A DNA stretch of 64,000 nt from Phoronis australis. Lineage: Eukaryota > Animalia > Phoronida. The DNA is taken from assembly GCA_002633005.1 (NCBI GenBank), contig NMRA01000011.1, forward strand, positions 237,451 to 301,450. Reading direction: 5' to 3'. Under the pieces are notes generated by a model, which saw only the letters and a program-made list of their open reading frames with translations, was not told the DNA's origin and did not search any database. The first letter of the stretch is position 1. Each line of letters begins with the position of its first letter. Made by a program: the position numbers and the translations under genes. This document shows, piece after piece, positions 52,801 through 64,000 of this stretch.

Positions 52801-55800
52801 TCTAAGAAAATCCTAGCACGCGTTGAATGGATTTTCATGGGTGGACAGACAAGGGCACCAATAAACATATTCAATAAGACCATTGCACTTACCAGCTATC
52901 ATTTTGCTGTTTTCTAAAGGCAGAAGAAAGCTGTAGTCAAAATTACCAGTCGTCAAGTTAGGATACCCTTGATGTTTAATTAGTACGAGGATACTGACTG
53001 AGGAATTATCCGGCTGAACTTCAACGTGGATGGAACTGTGCGTGTTGTTCGCGTAGAAGCGGTGGTAGGCAAGATGTGACCATGAGTTGTTAGCCATAAT
53101 CGGCTCGATGTACTGCGCCTCAGCAACTGCTTTATCTCTGTTCCTCGGGATTTTTATCTCAATGTCTTCCTCCGTTTTTTCAATGGGAATGATTGCACCT
53201 GACTCCTCGTACAAGTCGATGGAAACGGACTGAGAGTCAGAAGATACCTCTGAGTCTTTAATGAACAAGAAGGGCGGTGACTTCTCAACGGCAGTCTGAA
53301 AAGGTGAATGAACAAACGCATGAAATTACATGCAATAATATTTCGAGTATTAAAACGTTTGAGATTGTCAAATTCATGGCCTGGTGTTAAAAATCAACTT
53401 TCTTCCTATGTGTAATTCCCCTGATAGCGATAGTGCCGTGAAAAGCATCTTAGTGGTCCTGGACCTGCCAGATCTTTTCAATCCAAGACATCATTTCCAC
53501 TCTCACTAGGAAACAAGATGAGAACAATTTTATGACATTAATGGATCTACACAAAGGTTGGATTTTGACATCAGGCGCGTGATTATTATACCTTTAAGGG
53601 TAAATTTTGGTACTGAGCGCGGGTTTATTAAACCTTTAAAGGAAGATGTTTCTTCATATGATAAAAGTCATTCATTTTGAAAATTGAACTCGAGCGAATT
53701 CGCTTTTCTGAGCGCTGACGACGAAATCGTCATCAGAAGTTCACTCGGACTAAAGCAGCAGTTGTAGATAATTAGCCCTGACGAACTTGGACACACTTCT
53801 TACGAGACTTGTTTGAAAGTTTGGTCAATCATTTGTTGTAATATATCGGCAGTTTTGCCGAACTTCAGGCAGTCCTTAATGCGACGTTAGAGCACCTACA
53901 TGTAACCGTTAAATATAAACTTGCAAATGATCTACATGTAGCAACGCAAACCAAGTTTTCACAATTTCGGCAAGAGAAGTGAAGTTACACCTATCAAAAT
54001 TTTGTTAAGACTTTCCCGTAACTGAAACCTATTTTAGTCGAAAACAGGAGGATAGTCACATCTTTGTGCGTTAAAATTTTGTCGAATTCGACGCTGTCTA
54101 TTTTATACTGAAAATAATTGTAGTTTCCAGAAACAAACATTCCAACTTCTCATTGTAACCGGAACCATGTACACGTACTTGTGGGTATACTTACAATGAA
54201 GGTAACCAGCTCATTTGTTCCGCACGTAGCGCACAGGTTGCTAAGTAATGGAATGGCAATGAAAGCTTCGCCCAAACTGTAAGACCGGTTGCTCACTACA
54301 GAAGGTGGATTCTTGTCAATGTGTAGACTTAATTTAGCTGTTTCAATCTTCGTGGCGTTTTCCGAAGCTACTTTACTTCGTGCGATCGCGAGGCATAGCT
54401 TCTGCAGAGCAAGTTTCGCGTCCTGTACAACGTTGCTTGCCTAGAGGAAAAGGAGAGTTTGTTCAGGAAATGAAATGGACCCTTTACGAAAAGCACCGCT
54501 GACCATTGTGGCATTGTTTGTGAAAGGTTACGTGTGATCATCGATCCATTGCAGGTGCTCACAAAAAATTAACAAAACAGTTGACACCTACACTGTATTT
54601 TTTTCAAAATGGTCGATCAGTTAGAGTTATGTTGACAATATTCAAAAGTGCATTTAGCCAAATACTTACAAAACTATAGAATTTAACTCAGTGAATGATA
54701 CCAATAAGACGACATAAATGTTTAAGATGAAATATAAAAACGCTGTTATGGTGTTTTAGATTATTACTTCGTTTTCACTTTAGGAAAGTTCTGATATTTT
54801 TGATAAAAATCATAAAAATTCTATTCTTAATGGCATAAATGAAACATATTTAAAAACATCCATGACAATGTTGTGGAGAGGTTCACGAAGCATAGTATCT
54901 GAATGTTCCATAAGGGCCTGAACAGCCATTTTATTATATCATGTTCCAAAAGTACTGTAAGTCGGCCATTTTGCTGAGGTCCTACATTCCTTTACGTTGT
55001 GATATACACAAGTATTTCTTCAGACAGTGTACTTATCATGCACGCACGGTGCTCGAACGAGCATCCTTATAACCCATCTTTCCTCTCTTTCCCGGTTTTT
55101 GTCACGTCTGTACGTACCGTTGATCGCTGTTCTTTTGTGTTCGTTTCCATTAGTAAACCTTCAGCTGCTTCGTCCACAGTACCCGTTAGCCCTGTAACAC
55201 GTTAATAATTTTGCAACATTGCCCGGTACAGTCGAATGCGTGACATCAAGAACATTGCATTTCTGATTGGAACATTGTATTTTACAACAGAGATCTTGTG
55301 CAAATGTGACTGACGATGCTGTTCTGCAAGACATTGCACTTCCATTTGCATCAACTAAGATCTAGGTGCCTATCATAAAATCATAAAACAATATATAGTG
55401 GTCTATTGCACAACCTGTTACTCAAACTGCCGGTTTGAGGAAAATGCGATTTTAACTAACTATTTGAGGATTTGTTAGATGGATTATAAAAGTTTGAAAA
55501 AACTTACATTCGTCGCCAGAGTCTAAGTCTGTGTCGTAATACTGTTGGTCCTCCACACTCTGAATGTCGAACTGCAGTGGCGTCACCATGTGTTGGTTTG
55601 AGGCTAGGGTGACGTCACTAATAGCGGACACTATCGTCTCAGCTTGTGCTATTAACTCCTCGACAGCCGTTTCTTGACTCAGATTCGCAAGCAAGTCTAC
55701 CATTATAGTTATTCCTCTCGACGACTGTTTCTGTTAAAAAGAAAACGGCGTATACCATTCATTGTTGCCAACACTGTATAACAAAAAGCGAGACATCTGG

Positions 55801-58800
55801 TTCTAGGCCATACAGCAAGAGGCAAAGGTCTTCCTCTACACCCGGAAATATGGTACCGATGGTGTTTTTGTTTTATTTATCAATCGTGCTTGTAAATTGG
55901 AAAGAAGAAAATGTCCGAAGATACATATGGAGTCACGCATTAACACCACAGCGTCAGTGTGTAAATTTCATCGTGTGTCAAAGAACAGGGTATTCTGATG
56001 TTGTGGCGGGACGCGGAACAAATCTTCAAAATAGCGGTACCGCCAAAAGTGGGAGAGCTGGCAGGTATTACCTTGTAATCCAAAAAGGCGACGCACTTGC
56101 ACACTGTGATTTACTTAAACGGATACAAAATCCGGTTTCAGACGTATTTCCATCTGGAGATTTTCATAAAATAAAAACCCTGTTCCAATCGTTGACTACC
56201 AAATGTTTATAGCAAATTCGAAAATTCCTTACAAAGTTCTTTAACTGGGGGCAAGAGAGACTAACGCTTTACTTTGAACTGCAAGAATCCTTTTATGAGA
56301 CAATGAAGAAGATTTAGAAGATTAGCGCTTTTATCAATCTGCGGAGGCACTGGGGTTCGACAACATGTGAAAGTCCCAATTTTTGAAGAATTCATAATAA
56401 CAAAGTTTTGCATCTCTTTACCTGCCCATCTCGTGATACTTCGTCTGTTTTCTCCACAGTTGATTTTATAGCGGCTGAAACCTGCGCAATGTCGGCCATG
56501 TTGGACATTGACTTTGAAAGCTCCTCAACTTTGCTGAGTAGTAAGGTCCGCATCTGAAATTAAAAGGATTCTGAATGATTTATGGGAGTTGTTTTAATAA
56601 CGTGCTTCAAAAATATTATTGAATCTTATGCCAATGCAGAATATGGATTTGAGTTGATTGTACGTGTTAACGAGGGGAACAGAGGGAGAGAGAGAGAGGG
56701 AGGGGGGAGTGAGATAGAGGGGGAGAGGGAGGGAAGGAGNNNNNNNNNNNNNNNNNNNNNNNNNNNNNNNNNNNNNNNNNNNNNNNNNNNNNNNNNNNNN
56801 NNNNNNNNNNNNNNNNNNNNNNNNNNNNNNNNNAGTGAGAGAGAGGGAGGGGGGGGAGAGCTACGCATCGACAAGGTGCAAAACCGTTATAATAGGAGAG
56901 GTAATCCGGACACGTTTCTAAAGATTTACACGCCTTAAAATTAAGGCGTGTAAATCTTTAGAAACGAAAACTAAACTAGAATATTACAAATTAACTGACT
57001 CAAAGGGTCAGTAGAGGTTACATGTACGAAACAGAGTAAGTGAACCATGCGCTAACATGGCTTGATACTTGTAAGTAAAATACATAGAGGACGTTCGGGT
57101 GTAGACGTGGGGCACGGTTTTACGCTGGAATGATGTTCTTTCCTTCTTGATTTAGAAGTATTGCAGCAGACACGAATACTGAACGTCAACGTTTAAAGTT
57201 TTGACAATGATGAGCTAAAAAGCGACCAATATTTTTGCCAATAATAGCACATGAAATACTCCGTTCAGCGACTTGTGAAGGTGTGCCGGCAATGTGTGGA
57301 AAATGCCCGCTCAACGAGAGCAGACACGTTTTGATGAAAAATGTCACACTTTATGTAAGCAGTTAAAGGACAATCACAACCAAGCCAAAGCGATAGACAC
57401 GAAGGTTACATCTACGAGTCGTTGTTCAGCTCAACCACTCACCAAGTAGACCGTAAATCTAACCTAGGTTGCGTTCTGTCCGGTTAGTTTCTAGCAAAGT
57501 TGGTGGTATCGACACACATCACACGCGAAGGAAGTGTAATTTCTTTGTCTTCCACTCACGCATTCATTGTATTACAAAACGAGCACCAGTACTCTTCAAA
57601 GATGACGAAAATTCTCACAAACAAAGGTATTAGTACTGGAGTTCACCAACCACGATTCACAACATATAAATTACCTTGGCGTCGTCTTCCTTGTCTGTAT
57701 TTGTCTTCTGTTGGCTTTCCAAAGAGTTCAATTGTGAGGCCAACATAAGTACAGTATTACTTGTTTTCTTCATGTTGCCACTGTTCAGTATGTTAGTCAA
57801 TTCGCTAGTATCACTTGACAGTAAATGTCGGACTGTCTCGCGAATGTCTTGTGTTGGTGGCGGTTTTACCTGCAGTACGAACGACCTAGTCAAAATTCCA
57901 GACCTTGATTGTTCTAAACTCTGGTTGAGTTTTCACAGAAATATTGCCTAAACGCAAATGGAGAACTTGCGACATACACGCAGAAATTAAATCTTTCAAT
58001 TTCGTGCGAAAGTGTATTATTTGAAATTGGCAATTACAGAAACTACCTGTCAGCTTGCGAAAATTATGTTTTTGGTAACATGCCAGGAACTTTCTTGACA
58101 TCTGTCTTCTGTTTCTGTTCATGTGGCAGCGAGATAATTTTAAAGCAATATTTTACACGATCATAAACTAGATCGAACCTACGGCTATAGACTACTTATT
58201 AAGCCATGGAAGCAACAGCTCCAAGACATTTGAAGCAGATTTGGAAAATCCTTACATGTACGTCTTTTAAATCGGCATCTATAACCAACGTTTTATATGA
58301 GTTAATAACTACCCACCTCAAACTGCAGGCTCTACAACGGTGAGGAAAATGTTTAGTTGAAAGAAGTTCTTAACTACCAGATAACGTACTGGCTGCGAAA
58401 TAGAAGATCGTGGGGCCAGTTCTGTGTCACGCTAGCAAAACGCGGTTATTTCAATTTTAATTTTTATTTTTTACTTTCATTTTAAACACAGTAAACCAAG
58501 GGGAAAGAAAATGAATGTCATCGTTGAACACGTCTAAGCAAGTTTAAATTGTTTATATCTTTTGGTTGCGTTAAATGCACTTTCCATCTATTGTTTTAAA
58601 CGTGTCATGTTAAAAACAACCCTTTGCCTGGCGTTTTCTCCGTCTCGTAGCATGTCCTTCACTAGTTGAGGGACATGCTTCCGGTCAACAACGTAGTGCT
58701 TTAAGACATTCTAACCTGCAGATTGACAGTGCAATTGCTGTGCAAAACATATATTGCATTACGTGGTTGGTACCGGGCACGTATTTGTTGATTATAGTGC

Positions 58801-61800
58801 CTAAAGTTTTGATCACCACTGTCATTAGAGACCAGGGAGGGTTAACACCATCATCATGATAATGCTCGAACCTGCACAGATCCCATGGAATATCTCGTTG
58901 TAGCTCCGAAGATATCTGTAACGCTGGCCATCAATTCCATCGTGTAGTTAGTGTTTATTTTGCCTATTGGGAGTTGCACGGAAACATCTGAATCCTGTCC
59001 AAACATAACTTGGGTGGCGGTAATTTCATCGCTGTGTCTCACTAAAAATGTAACAGCAATTAAAATACCTGTTAAGGTGTTTCTGAATCACAATGGCATG
59101 TTTTACATCCTACAAGTGCCATTTGGAACTTTTTAGTCGATTTCTATAAAAATTAAAATTACAAGTATAATGATTTTTCAAACCGGAAGTCTGTGAAGTC
59201 CAACACTCAGAGGAAAACGAGACAAACACAGTTTGCGGGACCTACTGAATGGTTGTCGCATTATTTTAGTTCCTTGTTACTGGTCTCATTGTCCTGGTAA
59301 AATAACTAATCGTTATTTCCTGATGCTGGGATTGAAAATAAACAGGCGCCCCCTACCGGCTACGGTTACCTGAGTGGAGAATTGAGAAACCCCAGTGAGC
59401 TTAATCGGACCTGTCTCCCTAACATTTAAGGAACTGGGTCACTCCGTCACCTTTCCGGTTTGAAGAATTGATTTTCTGATGTTTGGGTAAATCGACTAAA
59501 AGGAGTAAAAATACCCTGAACAGAAAGAGAAATGTTCCAAATTAACCAAAGATGTCTTCAAAACGGTAGCATTCACACAAATGGCGAGACAGTGCACGTG
59601 AGAGGTGATGAACAAACAAAACGACAACCCAGCCAACTACTGTATGTAAAATACAAGTGTTTGTTATTGAAAGAGAAACGTAAAATGCTTTTAGATAATG
59701 AGTAAGCTTAAAAATTTCGAAATTTGCTTTTGATATTTCGTAACATCATATTTCAGTAATGCTTGATCCGATTCAAACTCAACTATTCGACTTAATAATA
59801 TACATGTACGCATTTTTCGTAAATGTTTCATTCTTGCATCCAGCTGTGGGTTTTGTCAAAAAACGAAAGTCGTGTGAAACAAAAAACGAAAAGGTAACTT
59901 GGAAAACTGAGACAACGTTCTGCTGTACCACCTTGCATGTTTATATCAAAATACCATTGGCATTTTCTTCTCGAATGTAAATTATAATCTGATTTGAGCA
60001 TACAGTTTTTACCCAGATTCGAGAGGTCGGATGAAGCAGCATTCAGGGTTCCCCTACAGACCCATGACTAAAATGACTCAAGCAAAAAATGATAAATATT
60101 NTTAATTTTTATTTTTTACCTTCATTTTAAACACAATAAACCAAGGGGAAAGAAAATAAATGCCATAGTTGAACACGTCTAAGTAAGTTTAAATTGTTTT
60201 TATCTTTTGGTTGCGTTAAAGGCACTTTCCATCTATTGTTTTAAACGTGTCATGTTAAAAACAACCCTTTGCCTGGCGTTTTTTCCGTCTCGTAGCATGT
60301 CCTTCACTAGTTGAGGGACATGCTTCCGGTCAACAGCGTAGTGCTTTAAGACATTCTAACCTGCAGATTGACAGTGCAATTGCTGCGCAAAGCATATATT
60401 GCATTACGTGGTTGGTACCGGGCACGTATTTGTTGATTATGGTGCCTAAAGTTTTGATCACCACTGTCATTAGAGACCAGGGAGGGTTAACACTATCATC
60501 ATGATAATGCTCGAACCTGCACAGATCCCATGGAATATCTCGTTGTAGCTCCGAAGATATCTGTAACGCTGGCCATCACTTCCATCGTGTAGTTAGTGTT
60601 TATTTTGCCTATTGGGAGTTGCACGGAAACATCTGAATCCTGTCCAAACATAACTTGGGTGGCGGTAATTTCATCGCTGTGTCTCACTAAAAATGTAACA
60701 GCAATTAAAATACCTGTTAAAGTGATTCTGAATCACAATGGCATGTTTTACATCCTATAAGTGGCATTTGGAACTTTTTAGTCGATTTCTATAAAAATAA
60801 AAATTACAAGTATAATGATTTTTCAAACCGGAAGTCTGTGAAGTCCAACACTCAGAGGAAAACGAGACAAACACAGTTTGCGTGACCTAGTGAATGCTTG
60901 TCGCATAATTTCAGTTCCTTGTTACTGGTCTCATTGTCCTGGTAAAATAACTAATCGTTATTACCTGATGCTGGGATTGAAAATAAACAGGCGCCCCCTA
61001 CCGGCTACGGTTATCTGAGTGGAGAATTGAGAAACCCCAGTGAGCTTAATCGGACCTGTCTCCCTAACATTTAAGGAACTGGGTCACTCCTCCACTTTTC
61101 CGGTTTGAAGAATTGATTTTCTGATGTTTGGGTGAATCGACTAAAAGGAGTAAAAGTACCCTGAACAGAAAGAGAAATGTTCCAAATTAACCAAAGATGT
61201 CTTCAAAACGGTAGCATTCACACAAATGGCGAGACAGTGCACGTGAGAGGTGATGAACAAACAAAACGACAACCCAGCCAACTACTGTATGTAAAATACA
61301 AGTGTTTGTTATTGAAAGAGAAACGTAAAATGCTTTTAGATAATGAGTAAGCTTAAAAATTTCGAAATTTGCTTTTGATATTTCGTAACATCATATTTCA
61401 GTAATGCTTGATCCGATTCAAACTCAACTATTCGACTTAATAATATACATGTACGCATTTTTCGTAAATGTTTCATTCTTGCATCCAGCTGTGGGTTTTG
61501 TCAAAAAACGAAAGTCGTGTGAAACAAAAAACGAAAAGGTAACTTGGAAAACTGAGACAACGTTCTGCTGTACCACCTTGCATGTTTATATCAAAATACC
61601 ATTGGCATTTTCTTCTCGAATGTAAATTATAATCTGATTTGACTAGCATACAGTTTTTACCCAGATTCGAGAGGTCGGATGAAGCAGCATTCAGGGTTCC
61701 CCTACAGACCCATGACTAAAATGACTCAAGAAAAAAATGATAAATATTTGATTAATACTGAGAAACGCCGAAATGAGTTTCTTGATGTAAATTGCTATTG

Positions 61801-63467
61801 GTTTAGATATCCTGTACTCTATAATTATTATATATTTGTAATGTGAGCCGAAGGCCTATTTACATGTACGTGAAATACGTCATCATATTCTTAAGGTCTC
61901 AGTAACAAAATTAGTAAAAGTTTACCAAAGAACTTATACTCCGCAATGCCTTCGTTTTCCGGATCCTTCCAGCCTGTGCAAGAAATGTTCCACATAAACG
62001 AACCGTATGGAACTAAGATGCCCCTGTCATGAGAACTGATGTGACATGTTCCGTTTACAGGTGGTTTGTTGGTACACAATGTGAGATAAGTTACTCCGGT
62101 CCTGTTTTCTGCACTGATGGTCAAAGATAGACCTAATCTGAACTTTTCAACTTCGTAGTACTTTTCGAACAGACCAGGCTCTATCGCAATGGACTTCATC
62201 CTTAAGTCTGAAATCAAAAACAGAGGAAAACACGACATTAGAATAGTTTAAGTTCCATAAGGACCCACAGGCAATAATAACAATGACAATGGTAATCATA
62301 TTGAAAACAATAACGAAAAATTATGATAATGATAACGTAAAAGTAGTAATAACCAAAATCACACAGCTACGAAATTGGATCAGAATTAAAATGTCCTTCG
62401 GATATGCGAGAGACCATTTAGAAACATCAATGTACGAAGATCGCTCACAGGTTCCAGTAGGAGCTCTCGTAATATTTAAATCCTCAGCCACACAAAATGC
62501 AGTGGTCTGTTGCTGACATAAAGAGGTACGTCGCTTCAACAGTAACAGCAATCACAGCAATATTAACAATTTGAAGTAGCAGTGCTGTAGTCGTAAAATA
62601 AGAGGTAAGTAGGCGCCCAAAGCCGGCCGTATCACCTTGAGCACTGAATGTAACTTACAGGCGCTACGCTCAAACGCCAAAAGGTGGTTGGCTGCGCCTA
62701 CATGTACGTGCGCCTACGCCCCACTATAGCACTAAGTAGCACTACACAAAACCGTTACTCAGGCTGTGGACCAGTTAATTCTTTACGTGTCTCAACTTTC
62801 TGGCTAAGTAAAGAATATTTAAAGTGGCTATAAACCTGACTTTAATTGATTTAGAACACGTGACATTATGAATTTGGTCGAAAAAATTTTCCTTAGTCCA
62901 ATTGGAGGTGATTTCAGGACTTCAGTGACTATTTGTTATTGCTAAGACCAGGCTCTACAAAGTGGCTCTCAAGGTAGAACAAACAGTCAGTTCTTTGCAA
63001 ACCAGGAATCGTTTATCATGTGAGTAAGGGAAAGGTCAAGACCAGATGGTTTAACTCGAAAGTACTGTTTGTACGGAACGCGCCACGTTAAGGTTAAGTA
63101 GGATACAAGGAAGTGCCCAAGCGCAGCACTTCAGATCGTCTTGTCTCAGAAATAGCTGATATTGAAATCACATGAAACTTTCAAATGCTACGTTTTATGT
63201 AGTTCTTCAAAGTGCGTTTACGAATTGAAAGATGTTTCCTTTTTTCACCCTAGAGGTCAGTTTCAGTCTCAGTTACCTGACACGTAGTAATCAAAGTCGG
63301 CCATACTCTTCCAGGCACCATCAACCCATTTGCTCATATCCCAAGTATATTGCTCAAGATCACTAGTAACACACTTCTCCCGGCATTTGCCAATGAGAGC
63401 CAGTCGGTGACTAGGGTTGATCCGCTGGCCACACTCGTTGCGTTTGCACAAACCCCCACGTGCGCAC
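42353..63467 (-). CDS. PKD1L: Polycystin-1-like (PKD1L/PKDREJ family) gene, 5'-truncated by window edge; 21 exons, ~1,830 codons
   Basis: Exons join in frame through canonical GT-AG sites. Domain order is REJ, GAIN/GPS (CLCNHLTTFA), TM1, PLAT (YEVVVFTG...AGTDS...VWHDNSG), TMs (FTRLQRVSCC) and the polycystin channel domain (YSGGGY, WIDRRTRAVFVEFTVYN). Confidence 0.92.
43969..44140 (-). CDS. PKD1L: PKD1L exon (IIKTDSFYKWLKEVFIPG...IRQLRIRE)
   Basis: tttcAG / GTaaat, phase 0 to 1. Contains the conserved RQLR motif. Confidence 0.9.
44371..44429 (-). mobile_element. tRNA-derived SINE head (intronic)
   Basis: Minus strand gggtggtctaatggg ... gagttctagtccc gives A-box and B-box at tRNA spacing. 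Confidence 0.55.
44849..45106. mobile_element. CATGCGCGCACCCAG-TIR MITE (intronic copy)
   Basis: aatgcgcgcccccag ... ctgggtgcgcgcatg with flanks aattt / aatta. Internal block shared with the other copies. Confidence 0.8.
45715..45971 (-). CDS. PKD1L: PKD1L exon (YKPPEPSVLEAAREKRLKEIKMFDILREIIFY...)
   Basis: tttAG / GTaacg, phase 1 to 0. Confidence 0.9.
46803..46935 (-). CDS. PKD1L: PKD1L exon (VILLAAFFALVIK + acidic tract)
   Basis: tttAG / GTgagt, phase 0 to 1. Confidence 0.9.
48649..48914 (-). CDS. PKD1L: PKD1L exon (LPWWCIIPSW...FTQPLK)
   Basis: tacAG / GTaagt, phase 1 to 0. Conserved TM motifs. Confidence 0.9.
49253..49415 (-). CDS. PKD1L: PKD1L exon (ISIGVMSNLIVFPVSLFLVTLFRKSRP)
   Basis: tacAG / GTatgc, phase 0 to 1. 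Confidence 0.9.
49857..50129 (-). CDS. PKD1L: PKD1L exon (HLWFSV...RFTRLQRVSCC)
   Basis: cacAG / GTaaac, phase 0 to 0. Confidence 0.92.
50387..50552 (-). CDS. PKD1L: PKD1L exon, PLAT domain C-half (LGDLNYARVWHDNSG)
   Basis: tgcAG / GTattg, phase 2 to 0. Confidence 0.92.
50964..51079 (-). CDS. PKD1L: PKD1L exon, PLAT domain (VHIIFSGDEDET...RRGGIDSFLMAVP)
   Basis: Not in the ORF track. tgcAG / GTaagt, phase 0 to 2. Confidence 0.9.
51187..51288 (-). CDS. PKD1L: PKD1L exon, PLAT start (PLPDNDPNDKYLYEVVVFTGLRKNAGTDSR)
   Basis: ttcAG / GTaatt, phase 0 to 0. Confidence 0.9.
51844..52071 (-). CDS. PKD1L: PKD1L exon with GPS motif and TM1
   Basis: TQCLCNHLTTFAGG...PNPIDF...TM. ttcAG / GTaaga. Confidence 0.93.
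52315..52550 (-). CDS. PKD1L: PKD1L exon, GAIN (TTGCYFEKGLKWEKYGCK)
   Basis: cacAG / GTgagc, phase 1 to 0. Confidence 0.85.
52893..53295 (-). CDS. PKD1L: PKD1L exon, GAIN region
   Basis: ttcAG / GTaagt, phase 0 to 1. Confidence 0.88.
54195..54440 (-). CDS. PKD1L: PKD1L exon (ASNVVQDAKLALQKLC...LVTFI)
   Basis: tctAG / GTaagt, 82 open codons, phase 0 to 0. Confidence 0.85.
55118..55191 (-). CDS. PKD1L: PKD1L small exon (LTGTVDEAAEGLLMETNTKEQRST)
   Basis: tacAG / GTacgt. Phase 1 to 0 is required to bridge the neighbouring exons. Confidence 0.8.
55508..55730 (-). CDS. PKD1L: PKD1L exon (KQSSRGITIMVDLL...YDTDLDSGDE)
   Basis: aacAG / GTaagt, phase 0 to 1. Confidence 0.85.
56422..56553 (-). CDS. 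PKD1L: PKD1L exon (MRTLLLSKVEEL...SRDGQ)
   Basis: ttcAG / GTaaag, 44 codons. Confidence 0.85.
56913..56966. repeat. Perfect 26-bp inverted repeat with 2-nt spacer (intronic)
   Basis: cgtttctaaagatttacacgccttaa-aa-ttaaggcgtgtaaatctttagaaacg. Confidence 0.95.
57675..57869 (-). CDS. PKD1L: PKD1L exon (VKPPPTQDIRE...DDAK)
   Basis: tgcAG / GTaatt, 65 codons. Confidence 0.85.
58872..59041 (-). CDS. PKD1L: PKD1L REJ exon, copy A (…YTMELMASVTDIFGA…)
   Basis: tttAG / GTtcga, phase 1 to 0. LPIG...VTDIFGA is a REJ-type motif. Confidence 0.8.
60517..60686 (-). CDS. PKD1L: PKD1L REJ exon, copy B (…YTMEVMASVTDIFGA…)
   Basis: Same splice sites as copy A, with one L/V difference. Confidence 0.75.
61926..62207 (-). 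CDS. PKD1L: PKD1L REJ exon (NKPPVNGTCHIS...CTGWKDPE...YKF)
   Basis: ttcAG / GTaaac, phase 1 to 1. REJ motif NxPPxxGxC...CxxWxD. Confidence 0.9.
63277..63467 (-). CDS. PKD1L: PKD1L REJ exon (CARGGLC...INPSHRLALIGKC...YTW), most 5' exon visible
   Basis: cttAG / GTaact, phase 2 to 1. Confidence 0.85.
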
Positions 63468-64000
63468 CTAAGAATGAGTGGTGTTTGTTAGCTCATAAAT
63501 GGCAAAATGCCAGGGTAATCGTATACATGTACCTTACACTTGCACAATAACGGTCTTATAAATGGGATGCCTGCGCGGATATATATATATATACATGTAT
63601 ATATAGGTTATCCGTCGTAATAATAATCCTACTACTTATCCTATCGAGAATTCATTTCATCTGGGAATGTCCCAACATGACCTTCGGTAAAATGAATTCG
63701 AGATAAGATATCGCAGTGATATTCCTATGTATGTAAGACAACCTATTTATCCCATCTATATGAACTTATTTGCACCAATGCGACAACACCTTGTGTCGCG
63801 TCCTCCCGCTTGTTGTTATATGACGTCATATGTACGTCAAGCACGGTACACAAGCCGGGTAAGCGACACGATTATCTGTGAAAGTGTTGAATAACCAGTA
63901 CACTTTCATAATAAATTGATAAGCATTTTCAATTCGTGAAAAAATCAAGTTAAAGCAATGAACCAATCAGTAATATCATAAGTTTGTCGATCCGTCCGAG

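Larger units (their letters stand above)
58457..61748. repeat. ~1.645-kb tandem duplication joined at a single N (60101), duplicating one PKD1L exon
   Basis: 58457-60100 is near-identical to 60102-61748. Confidence 0.95.

Overview
AT-rich animal genomic DNA, probably a protostome (lophotrochozoan-like, inferred from gene types, intron sizes and repeats), from a draft assembly with N gaps. Two convergent protein-coding genes are supported. (1) An allatostatin-A/galanin-family GPCR with an intronless CDS on + (ATG 30825 to stop 31979). (2) The 3' ~1,830 codons of a multi-exon polycystin-1-like gene on - (21 GT-AG exons traced in phase from 63467 to 42353; REJ, GAIN/GPS, TM1, PLAT, further TMs and the polycystin channel domain), whose 5' end lies beyond the window. 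The rest is intergenic or intronic and dense in non-autonomous transposons: Harbinger-like MITEs with 3-bp TSDs, two other MITE families, Kolobok-like relics with decayed THAP domains, a Helentron/DINE-1-like element with ~145-bp monomers carrying CTCF-like motifs, tRNA-derived SINE heads and LINE fragments. The most unusual unexplained signal is an array of short stem-loops sharing a pentaloop consensus at ~1018-1260. Four tandem duplications each joined by a single N, one duplicating a PKD1L exon, are most likely uncollapsed haplotypes. All alignments and translations were done by eye.
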